This document shows, in pieces, positions 26,143 through 39,808 of a stretch of DNA of 64,000 nucleotides. Source of the stretch: Octopus vulgaris. Lineage: Eukaryota. The notes under the pieces are model-generated. The model saw only the letters and a program-made list of their open reading frames with translations, made no database searches and was not told the origin of the DNA. The stretch covers positions 43,028,001-43,092,000 of the forward strand of contig OX597825.1 of NCBI GenBank assembly GCA_951406725.2, written 5' to 3'. Numbering within the stretch: the stretch's first letter is position 1; every line of letters begins with the position of its first letter. The translations under genes were made by a program, and so were the position numbers.

Positions 26143-26348
26143 GGGTGAATCGTTAGTAGACTGGGCAAAATGCTTAGTGGCATTTCGCCTATCTTTACGT
26201 TCTGAGTACAAATTCCGCCAAGGTCGATGTTGTCTTTCATCTTTTCAGGGTTGATAAAATAAGTATCAGTTGAGCAGTAGGGCGATGTAAATGATTTATC
26301 CCTTCACCCAAAATAGCTAGCCTTGTGCCAAAATTTGAAACCAATATT
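26143..26348 (+). mobile_element. SINE (same head/core family as the trimer)
   Basis: gaatcgttag..gggcaaaatgcttag..ttctgagtacaaattccgccaaggtcga..ccaaaatttgaaacc. Confidence 0.85.
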
Positions 26349-27012
26349 AACCTATCAATATGGCACTAGACTGATCAATATTAAATAATGTTAAAACATA
26401 TAAGGTTACTTTAATTATGAGAAATTAGTGTATGATCCATAGTATTATTCACATTCCCACAGCCTATAGCTTTTTATGTGACATGGTTTAAACAATCTTC
26501 ACTAAGGTGTGAAATCGAAGACAACCTCGAATATAATGTAACTTATACAATTGTTAAACTTTAAAGAACTTTAAATATACTAGTACGTGGACGACATGAT
26601 CAAAATTGTAATCATACTGATGTAATGTTATATTATAAAAATCTTAAATCTATGCATCAAAATATACATAAATATGCAATGTACAAATGTATGTATTAAT
26701 ATATAATGTACATATATATAAATAAATTTATAAAACGCGGAATTTTTAATCGTTATGCTAGTCATCACCTATGGCGTAATATCTGATGAAGAAATATTTG
26801 TTCTGAAATTGTTTTATTATTGCATTTTACAAATCAACATATAACAAGGGCTCTCAGGGAACGCAAACCGCCAACGCAACATCAACGTCCTCTCAACGAT
26901 GAGCCGGAGAGGATTTTTAAAATGAGAATATCTGAAAGAAAATCGTCGACTGCCCTCACAAACGAGAATACTAAAGATGAACCCGATCGTTCTCAAACAG
27001 AAAAATAATCCG

Positions 27013-27048
<36 letters not shown>

Positions 27049-27124
27049 CGCGCGTGTTTGTGTGTGTGTGTGTGCGTGTGTGTGTGTGTGTGTGCGTGTG
27101 CGTGTGTATGTGTGTGTGTGTGTG

Positions 27125-27660
27125 TATTTAAAAGGCTAAAAATACACTAAGTGGTCAGCCGTATGCTAGAAGTAGATCAAACTACAAAGAAAAGAAAGTT
27201 CTCTAGAGAAAAATTCAGCGGACACCAGCACAATATGCGGGCAAGACAGATGAAAATTATATAAAAAAAACAAGAATTACTCCCAGACCGGCGGTTTCGC
27301 CTATTAACGAATGAATCACTTACGCAATCCCTCGTCCGTAGGGCTCGTTAGTACGATCGTTCCACAGGTAATATAATTTGTAATACTAACCACCAGTTTT
27401 CCGTATTAAAACAGACACGTGCTTAGTTTCACCGATTACATTGGCGTTAATTTCAAATGTCTGAGTTCTGGTGCGCTAAAATTCCGGAAACAAAATCTGC
27501 TGCCTATTAAAGAACATATTCATTTTAACATAAGGTGTATTATGTTTTGGGGGTTAGGATGCTCTTAACATGTAGTGAACTATCGTAATAGTTCTCTGTC
27601 TTCTGTCGTTGCCATTCTCTCGTTAAATTGGGTTTAAATGAAAACAAACTTATCGTTAAT
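27125..27660 (-). mobile_element. PLE pLTR/retrozyme-like fragment with degenerate hammerhead (27282-27355)
   Basis: Minus strand reads CTAACGA-gcccta...taggc-GAAA-ccgccgg-TC. Borders a (TG)n tract. Confidence 0.5.
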
Positions 27661-27844
27661 CTTTCATCAGTTTTCTATACACACACATAAATATGATCAC
27701 GCAATAAAAATCATTCCACTTCACCGCCATCAATTATTTATATTAGTTAATTTTCACAAACACATACACGCATGTGTATGCAACTAAAAGCATACATTGA
27801 AACATGCATACATACATACATACATACATACATACATACATACA

Positions 27845-27880
<36 letters not shown>

Positions 27881-28093
27881 TATATGTATATATGTGTGTG
27901 TGTGTTTGTGTGTGTGTGTCTGTGTGTCTGTGTGCATGTGTCTGTATGTGTGTGTGTGTTTTTCTGTGTATGAGTGTATATGGCTGTGTGTGTGTGTGTA
28001 AATTAATCATAGGACATACTAAGTATGTCTACTTGCTGGAAATAACAGTCAAAACTTCAACGTGGCGGGTCGGGGCTTTCTATCGTTGTAATG

Positions 28094-28142
28094 CGTGCTG
28101 AGGAAGGTGCGGCTATAATTCCAGTCCAGAAAACGGTCCACG
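28094..28142 (+). ncRNA. Degenerate minimal hammerhead motif
   Basis: cgtg-CTGAGGA-(24 nt, weak stem II)-GAAA-acgg-TC-cacg. Confidence 0.6.
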
Positions 28143-28224
28143 TGAGTCCATATACTTAAAGTATGCTAGGAGATTGTCTTAGCCCGTTTGCCCTCAGAAG
28201 ATGATTTCTGCAGTTATTATCGAC

Positions 28225-28700
28225 GGTTTCTTTGGTGGCTGATGCTGTCTTTCAATGCAGGGAAACACTTAATTTTAAACCGTTTCTGGAAACGGCAAAA
28301 CCATCCCTTACTGGCTTGAAATCTTCGGGTTCCGATGCTATCAATGGTCATGGTTGCAGTTCTTCGGTGCCTTCTGCTCCGTCCCCTCTGACGAACTACT
28401 TGTATAATTTCCGCGCTTTCTTGCAGATGTTGTTACCGCTATAGGGAATATTTTTCTTCTTGCAGTCACTGATCCACAATGCCAAGGCAGATTCCATCCT
28501 CACCAAGTGCTTATTTTTCATTATCGTTATCTATTTGGTACGTTCACAGAAGCTTACAGCTACGGTAGGACTGATCGCCACCTCTTTCTTCTTTATGTAG
28601 CGCTTGATGCTTTCGTTGAAAACATAACAGCAACCTACTGCAGCATAGCTTTTACCTTCCCGGAACACATGTCGGATAGAGTCACAAAAAGAAGTAGCTG
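28225..28700 (-). mobile_element. Tigger/pogo transposase N-terminal (CENP-B-type HTH) fragment
   Basis: EGKSYAAVG..NES..YIKKKE, RMESALALWISDCKKKNIP and FQASKGWFCRFQKRF. Confidence 0.85.
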
Positions 28701-29442
28701 GACATGGCTTTATCACGTGATTTCGAAATTTAACCAATAGGATCTTGTTTCTCTTCTGACGCATCTACCAACTACTCAGAGCTAAAGAAATAGTTTGCTT
28801 CGTAATAGTAAATGAGAATATGAAACCGTTGATAAGCAGCGCCAAATTCAAACGGTTAGAATGTATATTATCAATAGAAGATACTATAATGATACATTAA
28901 ACATATTATAGTCTGAGTGTCTCGCTAGCAATTAAAAACAAAAAAGGAAATAATAAAGGGTGCAAAATAGCACCAGTGATTGCTAAAAATAAGAGTAAAA
29001 AAATTAACTCTGAAAGCCACAAAAAACACTAACCTCATAACATTTACGGAAAGCGGGCACAGCAAACTAAAACGATCTTTCCCTTGTGAGATTTTGTGGC
29101 TCTTATTTTTAGTTTATAAACTGAAAATTCTGTGTTTCTTCCTTTTAGTTTATAAGAATAAACTAACACAAAGTACATACGAGAGAGAAAAACCAGAGGA
29201 GAGGAAGTAAGATGTTCTAAGTCCAACAGCTGTTTTGTGGGGTCATGCGTATCCATAATAATTTTGGTGGATGTAGTTTACCACAATATGCAGGCCTTAA
29301 TGAAAGTAAATAAACATTGGATAAATCGACCCTCCGTCATCATAGCTTCCTCTTTTTTTGCATGCATAAATTTATACATGTTTTCTATCTCGAACCGAAA
29401 CTGTAATATTGAAACTGATTATCTGCATACTTGCTGATATCA

Positions 29443-29855
29443 TTCTCTTTACTTGTTTCAGTCATTTGAATGCGGCCTTGCTGGAGCACCGCCTTTTGTC
29501 GAGCAAATCCACGCCACGACTTTTTCCTTGTAAGCCTAGTGCTTATTCTATCGGTCTCCTTTGCCGAACCGCTAAGTTACGGGGACGTAAACACAACATC
29601 ACCGGTTGCAAAGCAATGTTGGGGGCGCAAACACAGACACACAAACATATATACACACACACACACAAACATATATATACACACACATATATATATACAT
29701 ATATAAGACGGGCTTCTTTCAGTTTCCGTCACAAGGATTTGGTCGGCCTGAAACCATAGTAGAAGACACTTGCCCAAGGTGCCATGCAGTGGGACTGAAC
29801 CTGGAACTATGTGGTTGGTAAGTAAGCTACTTACCACACAGCCACTCATGCGCCT
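29443..29855 (-). mobile_element. Full-length tRNA-derived SINE (second family, internal microsatellite)
   Basis: Head aggcgcatgagtggctgtgtggtaag with B-box-like ggttcagtccc, then ccttgggcaagtgtc core. Tail tgactgaaacaagtaaagaga. Confidence 0.9.
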
Positions 29856-30196
29856 ATTGAAAAGTGTAGATGCTTATGTATATATATATATATGTATACA
29901 TATGTACATATGTGTATATATATGTATATTCATACATATTTGCGTATATATATATATACATATATATATGTATATATATACTTGTATGTATATGTATATA
30001 TGTACATATATATGTGTATATATATATATATTTATATAAATGTATATATATATATGTATACATATATGTATACATATATATATATATATACATATATGTA
30101 TATATATATGTATATTTATATATGTATATATAGGTATATATATATATGTATATGTATGTATATATATATATATGTAAATGTATATATATGTACATG

Positions 30197-30241
<45 letters not shown>

Positions 30242-30337
30242 TTGTGTGTGTTTGTGTGTGTGTAAATATATGTAAATGTGTATGCTTATATTTACATGTA
30301 TACGTATGAATATATATATAGATGTATATGTATGTAT

Positions 30338-31184
30338 ATCACCTACATATGCGGGAAATTCTGCCTGTCGGTGTGTTTGTAGAGTTGTTAGCTATCTTCT
30401 ACATCGTTGTATCGATTTTGATGGAACTTGAGGAGAACTCATGTGTGCAAACCTCATAGTATACTCAGATTGTTGAAGAGATCCACATATATATTCAATA
30501 TATTTTATTTTAAAAATTAAGGGAAATAACCCATTGGCCCCTGGAAAATTTCTTTATATATATCCAAGTGAAATAACCCATTCATTTTCATAAATTATTT
30601 GGTAAAAACGAAAATGAGTATGTATATTTCTTAGTATTGAACTCTTAGAATTATTTTCGCAAATTTATCCAGTACAACCCTTAAACAAGTAAATAGTATT
30701 TTCGTAAACAATACATCCACTTATTTCGGTTATTGACTTATTCACGAATATACCAACACTAGCGCCCCTGAGGGCCATATTCTCTGGGAACGCCCAAATG
30801 CTATTTTCAAAGTTATTTACTTTGAATTGTTATTATCTCATATCTGATTCCCCATAACATGCTTCACGATTTTAGTATATATACCTTATTAGTATTTCCT
30901 CCTATATATACTCTGGGAACGCATTAAAAACATATCGGGGCTACGTTATTTGAATTCTTATTACGAGTAACTAATTTCATGTTATTACATAACTGAATCA
31001 CAGTTTGGGTATTCATAACTTATTGGGAATTCCTAGAAACAAATGTCCTGTGTAAGACAGTTCGGTTTTCTCTGTAAATGCACGAAAACATACTATGTAT
31101 TGCTGTTATTAGATTAGCGAAATTGTTATAAGAACGGAACCAAGTGATAAGCCCCGCTTTCCCGTTAATTACCGGGTACGTCAG

Positions 31185-31189
<5 letters not shown>
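30338..31189 (+). mobile_element. Non-autonomous Helitron-like element
   Basis: 5' region has ctgtc/gtttgt repeats. 3' hairpin cccg..cggg is followed by CTAA(G-like)-T in a (TA)n context. Confidence 0.6.
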
Positions 31190-31265
<76 letters not shown>

Positions 31266-31297
31266 TTGTATCTATGTGTATATATATATATATATAT

Positions 31298-31415
31298 TGG
31301 CCTGTTCGCTTAGCCAGCGGGGTGGCGTCATTTGGAGGCTAAAACAATGCGAAGCGCATTGCGACCAGCGATGTGTAGTAACATCTGATAGCCTGGTCGG
31401 TCACGGTGACCATGG

Positions 31416-31418
<3 letters not shown>
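31298..31418 (+). repeat. Short GC-richer repeat fragment embedded in (TA)n
   Basis: ~120-bp island between two (TA)n tracts, resembling a 3' fragment of a SINE or LINE. Confidence 0.45.
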
Positions 31419-31462
<44 letters not shown>

Positions 31463-31558
31463 TCAATATAGGGTGGCAAAAAAATTTTGTAGAATTTTTT
31501 TGCCACCAGCGGCCTAGTGGGAAAAAATTCAATAGTCATAGACCATTTATAAGTTCAA

Positions 31559-31916
<358 letters not shown>

Positions 31917-32029
31917 CATATATATATACATATATATATACATATGTATATATATATATATATAATAGAGAGAGAGGGAGAGAGAGAAAGAGGTGCATAA
32001 TATTTTTGAGGACAGTTATATGTTTATAA

Positions 32030-33240
32030 AAATAAAAGTATGTAATAACAGCTAACTTTATCAAACAATGAGATGGGGATAAAACAAACCTCTTTTTCTA
32101 TAATGTTATTCAATAAAGCCACCTTCAGCTTCAACAACTGCTTGTATATGAAATCTAAATCCTCTACATGCTTGAAGCAAGTGGTCCTGGTTCATTTTGA
32201 ACATTACTCTGACTATGGCAATTTTCAAAGATTTTCTGGTGTTATGGGGGTGTGCATTTGCCTCTCTCCCAACAATGCTTCACATGTAATAGTCCAATGG
32301 ATTGAGGTTTTGGTAAGTAGGAGACCAAATGTTGGGGTTATTTGATCATGAAAGTTTTTAGCCGTCTATTCCTGTGTTACTAGAGCCGTGAGTGATACTT
32401 CACAGACTTAGCGAAACACTTATGGCCTTCCATTGAATACACGGTCTATCCAGGGCTTAAAAATTATTACCAGGACTTCAATTTTGGCGGCAGACTTAAC
32501 TCTCAAGCCTTGCGGAAATAAGTAAGGAGGCATCATATGCCCTTCATTGCTGACAGCCCCTAAAACCATGACAGTTGCAGGAAATTCTCTGTACGCAACA
32601 CTTGGAACTTCAGAGGGGCCTGCACATAACCATCTGTCATTTTTTTTTTTTGATCTTGGTCTTAGTTTTCCTCGTTTAAGAAAAACCAAATCACATCTCC
32701 TGCTGGATTTTTCAGTTTGTTTAAGTGACTTTTAGATCTGATGTAATGATTTTCGTTTCCTTTCTCTGATACATTGACCTTTCCACATGATATAAGACTT
32801 ATATCTGATGTCTTCGTGGCAACATTTCTGACTGTTCCTTCTGACATATGGAGATATTTTGAAATTCACCTCATGGAATTTCAGGGTTTGTAGTCAATGG
32901 TCTGTTGAACTTGCTGGATACATTCAAGTGTTCTGATGATTTCGGAGCCTTTAGATTACTGTTCATGCTTTGATATTGGTTCATGCTTTTAATTTTCAGT
33001 CTCTAGCTCCTTACAAACTTTGTAGACGAAAGATCTGGCAACTCTTAAAAATCGAGATATTTCTAAATCGCTATACCCAACCTAGCCCAGCCTTTACAAC
33101 CACAATGACAGCATGGCCTTTCATTTCTTGAGTAAGCTGAGGACCTGCAATTATTATTTTCTCAAATAAAGATTATACAGCGTTAGCAAAAATGCAGCCA
33201 CGACCCAAAAACGTATGTCTTCAAATACCTTACGCACTCA
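32030..33240 (-). mobile_element. Decayed Tc1/mariner-superfamily element (maT/DD37D-like, related to 11798)
   Basis: MSEGTVRNV, NDRWLC, FPATVMVLGAVSNEGHMMPP and an NPLDYY-like motif (~32290). Confidence 0.85.
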
Positions 33241-33563
33241 GTATTCCAATGGAGATGCTGTGAATAAAATGATAATATGCCGCTAAACGAAGAGAAACAT
33301 ATGTGCACATTATTGAATGACGTTTGTCTCATCTGAATTCATCTAGGTTACATCTCGATTTCCGTCCTGCAAAGTATCCAAAATACCCCTCCTAAAAATC
33401 AAGTTTGTTGTGTTACATGATGCAAGTGCCTCACTTAAACGACCTGTCTTATGATAAATGTGATGTATACAACATATGTTCTATACATATGCAGATTATA
33501 TACTCGTATAATATGAATTACATAGAATGTATATATGATATATATAAACGTAAAAATATTACA

Positions 33564-33628
<65 letters not shown>

Positions 33629-34231
33629 ATGTATTTGTGTCAATACAAGCGTGTTGGTTACTATTTTATATCTGTATATTTATGTGTACTGCAATATCGA
33701 ATCACAAATCCCTCCTTGAAAAACTTTTTCTCCAGACCTAGATAACATCTGTTTTTCTCTCTATCTTCACTTTTCATTCGAATTTTCATTCTTCCAGATC
33801 GTTTCTCGCTTACTTATATACACACGGAGCAGTTTTTTTTAATTCACCCACAGGAAATCTACATAACAATTTTTTCCCATTAATAATAACTTGCTTTTGT
33901 CTTGTCGCATCCAATTAGCAATCATAAACGAATAACTTTTACTTGACGGATAATAATAAGTTTCACATCCGTAATATACATAGCTAGATGCCTGCTAGTT
34001 AGATGCAATAAATCAAGTCGAATTTTAACATGAAATATTAAATGTTTTTTGTGATCACCAGATGCCTTGTAATTGACAATAAATTATTTCCCGGGGGAAC
34101 TTCGAAAATCAGTGTACTTCCTCTAACTTCCTCTAACTCACAGAACATTGATTCTTGTCTTATGTCTAGAAGAGCGTTGGGGAAAGAAACATCTTTTCTC
34201 CTCTCCATCTCCCCATCTCTCTCTCTCTCTA

Positions 34232-34285
<54 letters not shown>

Positions 34286-36442
34286 TGTATCTGTGTGTTA
34301 TCTATGCTTTTGTCTCCTTTACATTCTTCTTATGTGTGGCTCAATGTATCAAAGAGTAGATGAATTCAGAGGAGACAAACGTCATTCAATAATGTGCACA
34401 TATGTATCTCTTTGTTTTTTGTCTTAGGACCTTAATGTGGATGATATTACAACGTTACTGATTACATGGAACCATTCAAATGTTCTGTTATGGAAAATTA
34501 TCCAGAAAATAAGTATTTAACTACATCATACGAACATTTGATAACTATTACATTTATAGCATTGATGAATATATCAACTCTTGAGATTAAGATTGGCAAT
34601 ATGCAAATGAGAATTGATATAGCTTAGGAAACCATTCCCTTCCATTTTCAAGAGAGAAATACAAAGCTAATATTTTTCTTCTGTTTAGCATCTTTATACT
34701 TTTTGTATACTCAGTGGAATGCTGTGACGATCAGATTCAATACTTTACTTTACAATATTAAGGTTCTTCCTTTGTGTTTCGTGCATCTAGAATCAGTGTA
34801 TGAATTACGAATGAAATAACGATATTATATTTAAGGAATATATTGATCTTCTGACTGGAAACAATGTTGCATGTAAATCACCCTGTCTTACTAACAGTAT
34901 ACATACATACATACATACATACACACATATACACACATACATACATACACGCACATATATATGTAAGAAATATAAATATTTAAAATAATATTGCTATTCA
35001 GCCAGAATAAAACACTATAAAGCGTAGAATTATAAATATAAAAAGCAGATGTACAAAAAGTACGATCATTGATAGAAATAGTAATCGGTTAGCTATCGGC
35101 GCTATATAGAGCTTCACTGAATGCTTACAGGCAGAGATGTTTCCGGGCGGCGAATATAGGAACATTCTGTCTTAACATCTCATGAACAAATTGGGTGCAA
35201 CATGTAGGAATGGCTCTAGCTTTTTCTTAGAAGGAAAAATGTGTGCAGAATGCTAGAATATTAAGTATTAAACCTGGAAAGTAAAGTACAGAACAAGCAG
35301 TAATTAAGCCTGAAAAAATACAGAACAAGAGGAAAAATGATTCAACATGTTGCTGCTAAAGTTAGAATTTAAAAGCTAAGATAGTAATAAATGCCCTTTT
35401 ATATATTTATTTACTTCAAGATTTAGCTTAGAATACTCAAGGACCTATTTATATTCAGTTTTAGTGAGAATTATTGCCTTCAGGTTTACACATTATCAAT
35501 TTGATATTACAGATTTATGCATTTATACAATTATAAACCCTAAGAAAAAGCTAGAGTCATTCCTACATGTTGCACCGAATTTTTTCATAAGATTTCAGAT
35601 TTTTAAATATTTTTCTCACTGTAACTAGAAAATATTTGTTACTTGATAATGCTAACTTGAAAGAAATTCTTTTGTTTCTTTAAAAAACTTTTTGTTTTTA
35701 CTACCTTTTTTTCTTTTGAATTACAATGTACTCAACATAAGCTTAAGTTTATAACACACTATCTATGATTTAAAGATTTTGGATAATGAGTTGTTTTGTT
35801 TTTTTTCAGAAAATAAAATTATGAAAATAATATAATACAGAAATGTTTTAGCTTAGTACAAAGAATTTTTTTTTTAAATATTAACTCAATTTTAAATATT
35901 TGTAATAAAACGTAAAAATTAAGAAAAAGAAAGTGCACACAGTATTTGATGAACAATTTCAGAAATTTATTTACCAAATTCTTACTTCAGCAGCAATGTT
36001 TTAGGTGTATTTTCTCCTCGTTCTGTACTTTAAACAGGGTTAATTACTGTTCAATACTTAACAATATTCTAGGATTATGCCCGCATTTTCCATTCTAGTT
36101 CACTTTTTCCAGGCAGGCTTCTATTATTATAATTAATTGTATTTGCCTGTATATATAATAAAAGGATAGTATTTTAAATATTTTTAAATACTGATTTTGC
36201 ACAAACTTTAAAATTTTGTTTACACCAAAACAATATATTGTTAAGCAAGTTTTATTTTAAGAATATAAAACTTTATATTCTAATTAAATAATTAATAAGT
36301 AGTTGTTTTAATGAATGAATTTTTTCTTTTAATATATTTTTACATGTACTTATTTTAATGCATAAACAGAAAAATAAAAACTAATATGAAATTGCAAAAA
36401 AATCATTACTTTTTTATGCCTAATATTTTTAAATGAGTCAAG

Positions 36443-36652
36443 ACGGGGAGCTGGCTGAATCGTTTGCAGGCCGGACAAAATTCATAGTAGCGCTTCGTCC
36501 GTCTTTACGTTCTGATTTCAAATTCCATCAACTTTGTCTTTTATTCTTTTCAGGGACAACAAAATAAGTACTAGTTGAGCACTGGGGTCGACGTTATCGA
36601 TTTGCCCCAATCAGGAAAATTTTGGCCATCTTCCAAAATTTAAAACCAATAT
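36443..36652 (+). mobile_element. SINE (trimer family), diverged
   Basis: gacggggagctggctgaatcgtt..ttctgatttcaaattcc..gagcactggggtcgacg. Confidence 0.8.
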
Positions 36653-36759
36653 TTTTAGATGGTGGTCGCCTCCAAAATATTCGTCTCGATGAATTTTTTC
36701 AATTGAGTTCAAAAAATGTTACTTTTCTTTAGCAAAGACAAAATTATTTTGACTTCTAA

Positions 36760-37270
36760 AATCTATTACCTTTTTTTCGGCACTTAAAGCAACACAGGTT
36801 CCTTTCTAGCTAATATGTTTTGACATGGCTTTCACCATAATATTCTTCTCATATATCTTTTACCAACATCTTAAACTAACAAAAGATTATCTTTTCGTCA
36901 CTTAAAGCCACACCCCTATTTTGTAGTAAATATTTTTGACGAGATTTCACCATAAAATTCATCTCACGGAGCTCTTTTATTTGGACACAACTTTTGAATA
37001 GTTTTCTTTTACATTAGCTGAGATATTTTGATTCAAAGTCTCTTTCGGGGCTTACTATTTTTCTTCATTTAAAGCCGCACAACTTTAGAAATGTATAGAT
37101 TGCGTTGAAAAGAATATACTCATTGAAGAGGGTCTTTTGTTAAAAGTTTCGTTAAAGTATTAGCTAGCTAATATCTTCTAACGAAGTTTTCACCAAAATT
37201 TTCTTCTCGGTGATACTTTTCTTTTCAAATAACTGAAATATTTTAATTCAGAGTCAATGTTTCGCCTTAC
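36760..37270 (+). repeat. Three degenerate tandem units of ~120-170 bp
   Basis: Recurring ca(c/t)ttaaagc (36781, 36899, ~37066) and tttcacca.aa..ttc.tctc. Confidence 0.6.
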
Positions 37271-37494
37271 TCTTCCATTCTTGACCTCACATATTTGGAG
37301 CTAGCATTTTTTTAAATGAAATAATTTTCAAATATTTTATCTGCAAAAGTAGCTGGACCCTGTTTCATCATTGCTAAGAAACCGCATTTAGTTTGGCTAA
37401 GAACTGAATTAGTGGTAAAACATAGTGTTCGCGAGTAACTAAATGTTGACCTTAAGAATATATTTACCCATTGCTGTGGGTGAATTGTATATAT

Positions 37495-38620
37495 TCTTTT
37501 TTATTTATGAAGGCCTATTCCCTATAGGAGGGGGTAGCCACAACAAGACTCACACCAGGTATTCTATTCATTTCCCAGCTCAAACAATCGAGACCCATCC
37601 TATGCTCGAGTCAAGGCACAGAACGCAGCCACCGATATCAGCAGCAGAGCCCAGCAGCATATGTTGGTTTTACACCGCCGCGTCATGCTGGTTCCGTAAC
37701 CTTTTAAGCAGCATCAATTCACTCATTCTCCAAGCTTTCCTATCATATATAAACACTATTGCCACTCGCACTCCAACACCTCTCACCACCAAAAGATTCT
37801 TCACTCCATCCATCCACACAAACCGAAGTCTGCCTCTGGTTTTGCTGCCTACCACTTCTGCCTTCACTACTCTCTTTACCACCCGCTCCTCATCCATCGT
37901 ATCCATGTGGCCAAACCAGCTCAACATTAGTCTACCCATTCTGGTTTATAGACTTTCTCTCATTCCTACTCAATTTCGCACCTCCTCATTCTCATCCTGT
38001 TCATTCGTATCACACCAATCTTAGCCTTCAAACATCTAACCTCAAACACATCTAGTCACCACTTGTCCGTCTGTCTCAGGCCCCCTATGTCTCTACACCA
38101 TATACGCACCTCTTTTCGCTTCGTTTATCTCTCAACATACCTTTCACAACTACAAGTACCTTTCACAACTCCCTCACTTTATATCCCACTTCCTCGGCCA
38201 ACACTCTATCCGCCGTCACATACGATCTCAGATACGTAAAAGCATTCACCTCCTCTAATATCTCACCAATTAAACTCACATTCATCCTACCAGCCATTCC
38301 ATCTCTCAAACATCCCATCACCTTACACTTAGCTACATTCACCTTCAGTTTCCTCCTCTCACAAACTCTTTTAAACTCTACCACCAATCTCCTCAGTTGC
38401 TTTTCCGAATCTGCAACCAGTGCTGTGTCATCAGCAAACAACAACTGCCTCACTTGCCATTTCTCTCCATTTACTCCCACTATTTGGGCTTCCATACCAA
38501 AGCTTCTAGCAGTCACCCTTCTCGCCACATCATCCATCACGGTGACATCGCACAAACCTGTCTTAACCCGACCTTCACATCAAAACAGTCACTTTACGAC
38601 TCACACTAACGCACGCCCAT
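37495..38620 (-). mobile_element. 5'-truncated RTE-type LINE
   Basis: QLLFADDTALVADSE, KLKVNVAKCKVM, FTYL, LSWFGHMDTMDEER and RGRLRFVWMD. Confidence 0.9.
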
Positions 38621-38622
38621 CT

Positions 38623-39198
<576 letters not shown>

Positions 39199-39654
39199 CA
39201 TATATATATATATATATACATATATATATACATATATATATTTATTTATTAATTGCCCCTTATTTTTCACCTTTCTAAAAGTTTAGCTCTCACCCTCCTA
39301 TCAAAAACAATGTATGCCAAATTTTAGCTCAGCTAGGTAACTGCGAGGCGACCCTCATCGACCGTTTTCGCCCGGAAAGTCATTTTTTTATATACAACTT
39401 TTTTTATCTTTTGCATAATTTCCCTTATAAATTAAAAACTTGTTCAGATTTATTCTTGGTAATAGAAGGATAAGTGACAATAAACATAATGGGGAAGGCA
39501 ACTTGCAAAGCTGAGGACAGAGTGCAGTTATAGAGCACACACCTACTTTTCGCCGTCATCGAGTCGACGGCCTGTCGTGAAATACTGAGATTGTGAGTTG
39601 CGTTCTTAGGTTGAAAGAAATGTACTGCACATAATGCTACTCATCGTCGTCATA

Positions 39655-39808
39655 ATTTAACGTCCGTTGCCTGAGTTCAAATTCCGCAAAAGGTCGACTT
39701 TACTTTTGGAGTCGATAAAATAAGTACCAGTTGAGAACTGGTGTCGATCTAATCTATTTAGCCCCATCCCCAAAATTGCTGGCGTTTTGTCAAATTGAAA
39801 TCCAATAT
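39655..39808 (+). mobile_element. 5'-truncated SINE (trimer family)
   Basis: ctgagttcaaattccgc..ggtcgacttt..gtcgataaaataagtaccagttgag. Confidence 0.8.

Noticed and set aside
26776-26820. CTGATGA-agaa..ttct-GAAA hammerhead-like motif
   Set aside because: Core and stem II are present, but stem I and III are weak and AT-only, so chance cannot be excluded.
29790-29855. tRNA-like A/B boxes
   Set aside because: This is a SINE head without a cloverleaf, not a tRNA gene.
36760-37270. Possible C2H2 zinc-finger array
   Set aside because: Periods are not a consistent 84 bp and no C-x2-C/H-x3-H pattern is recoverable.
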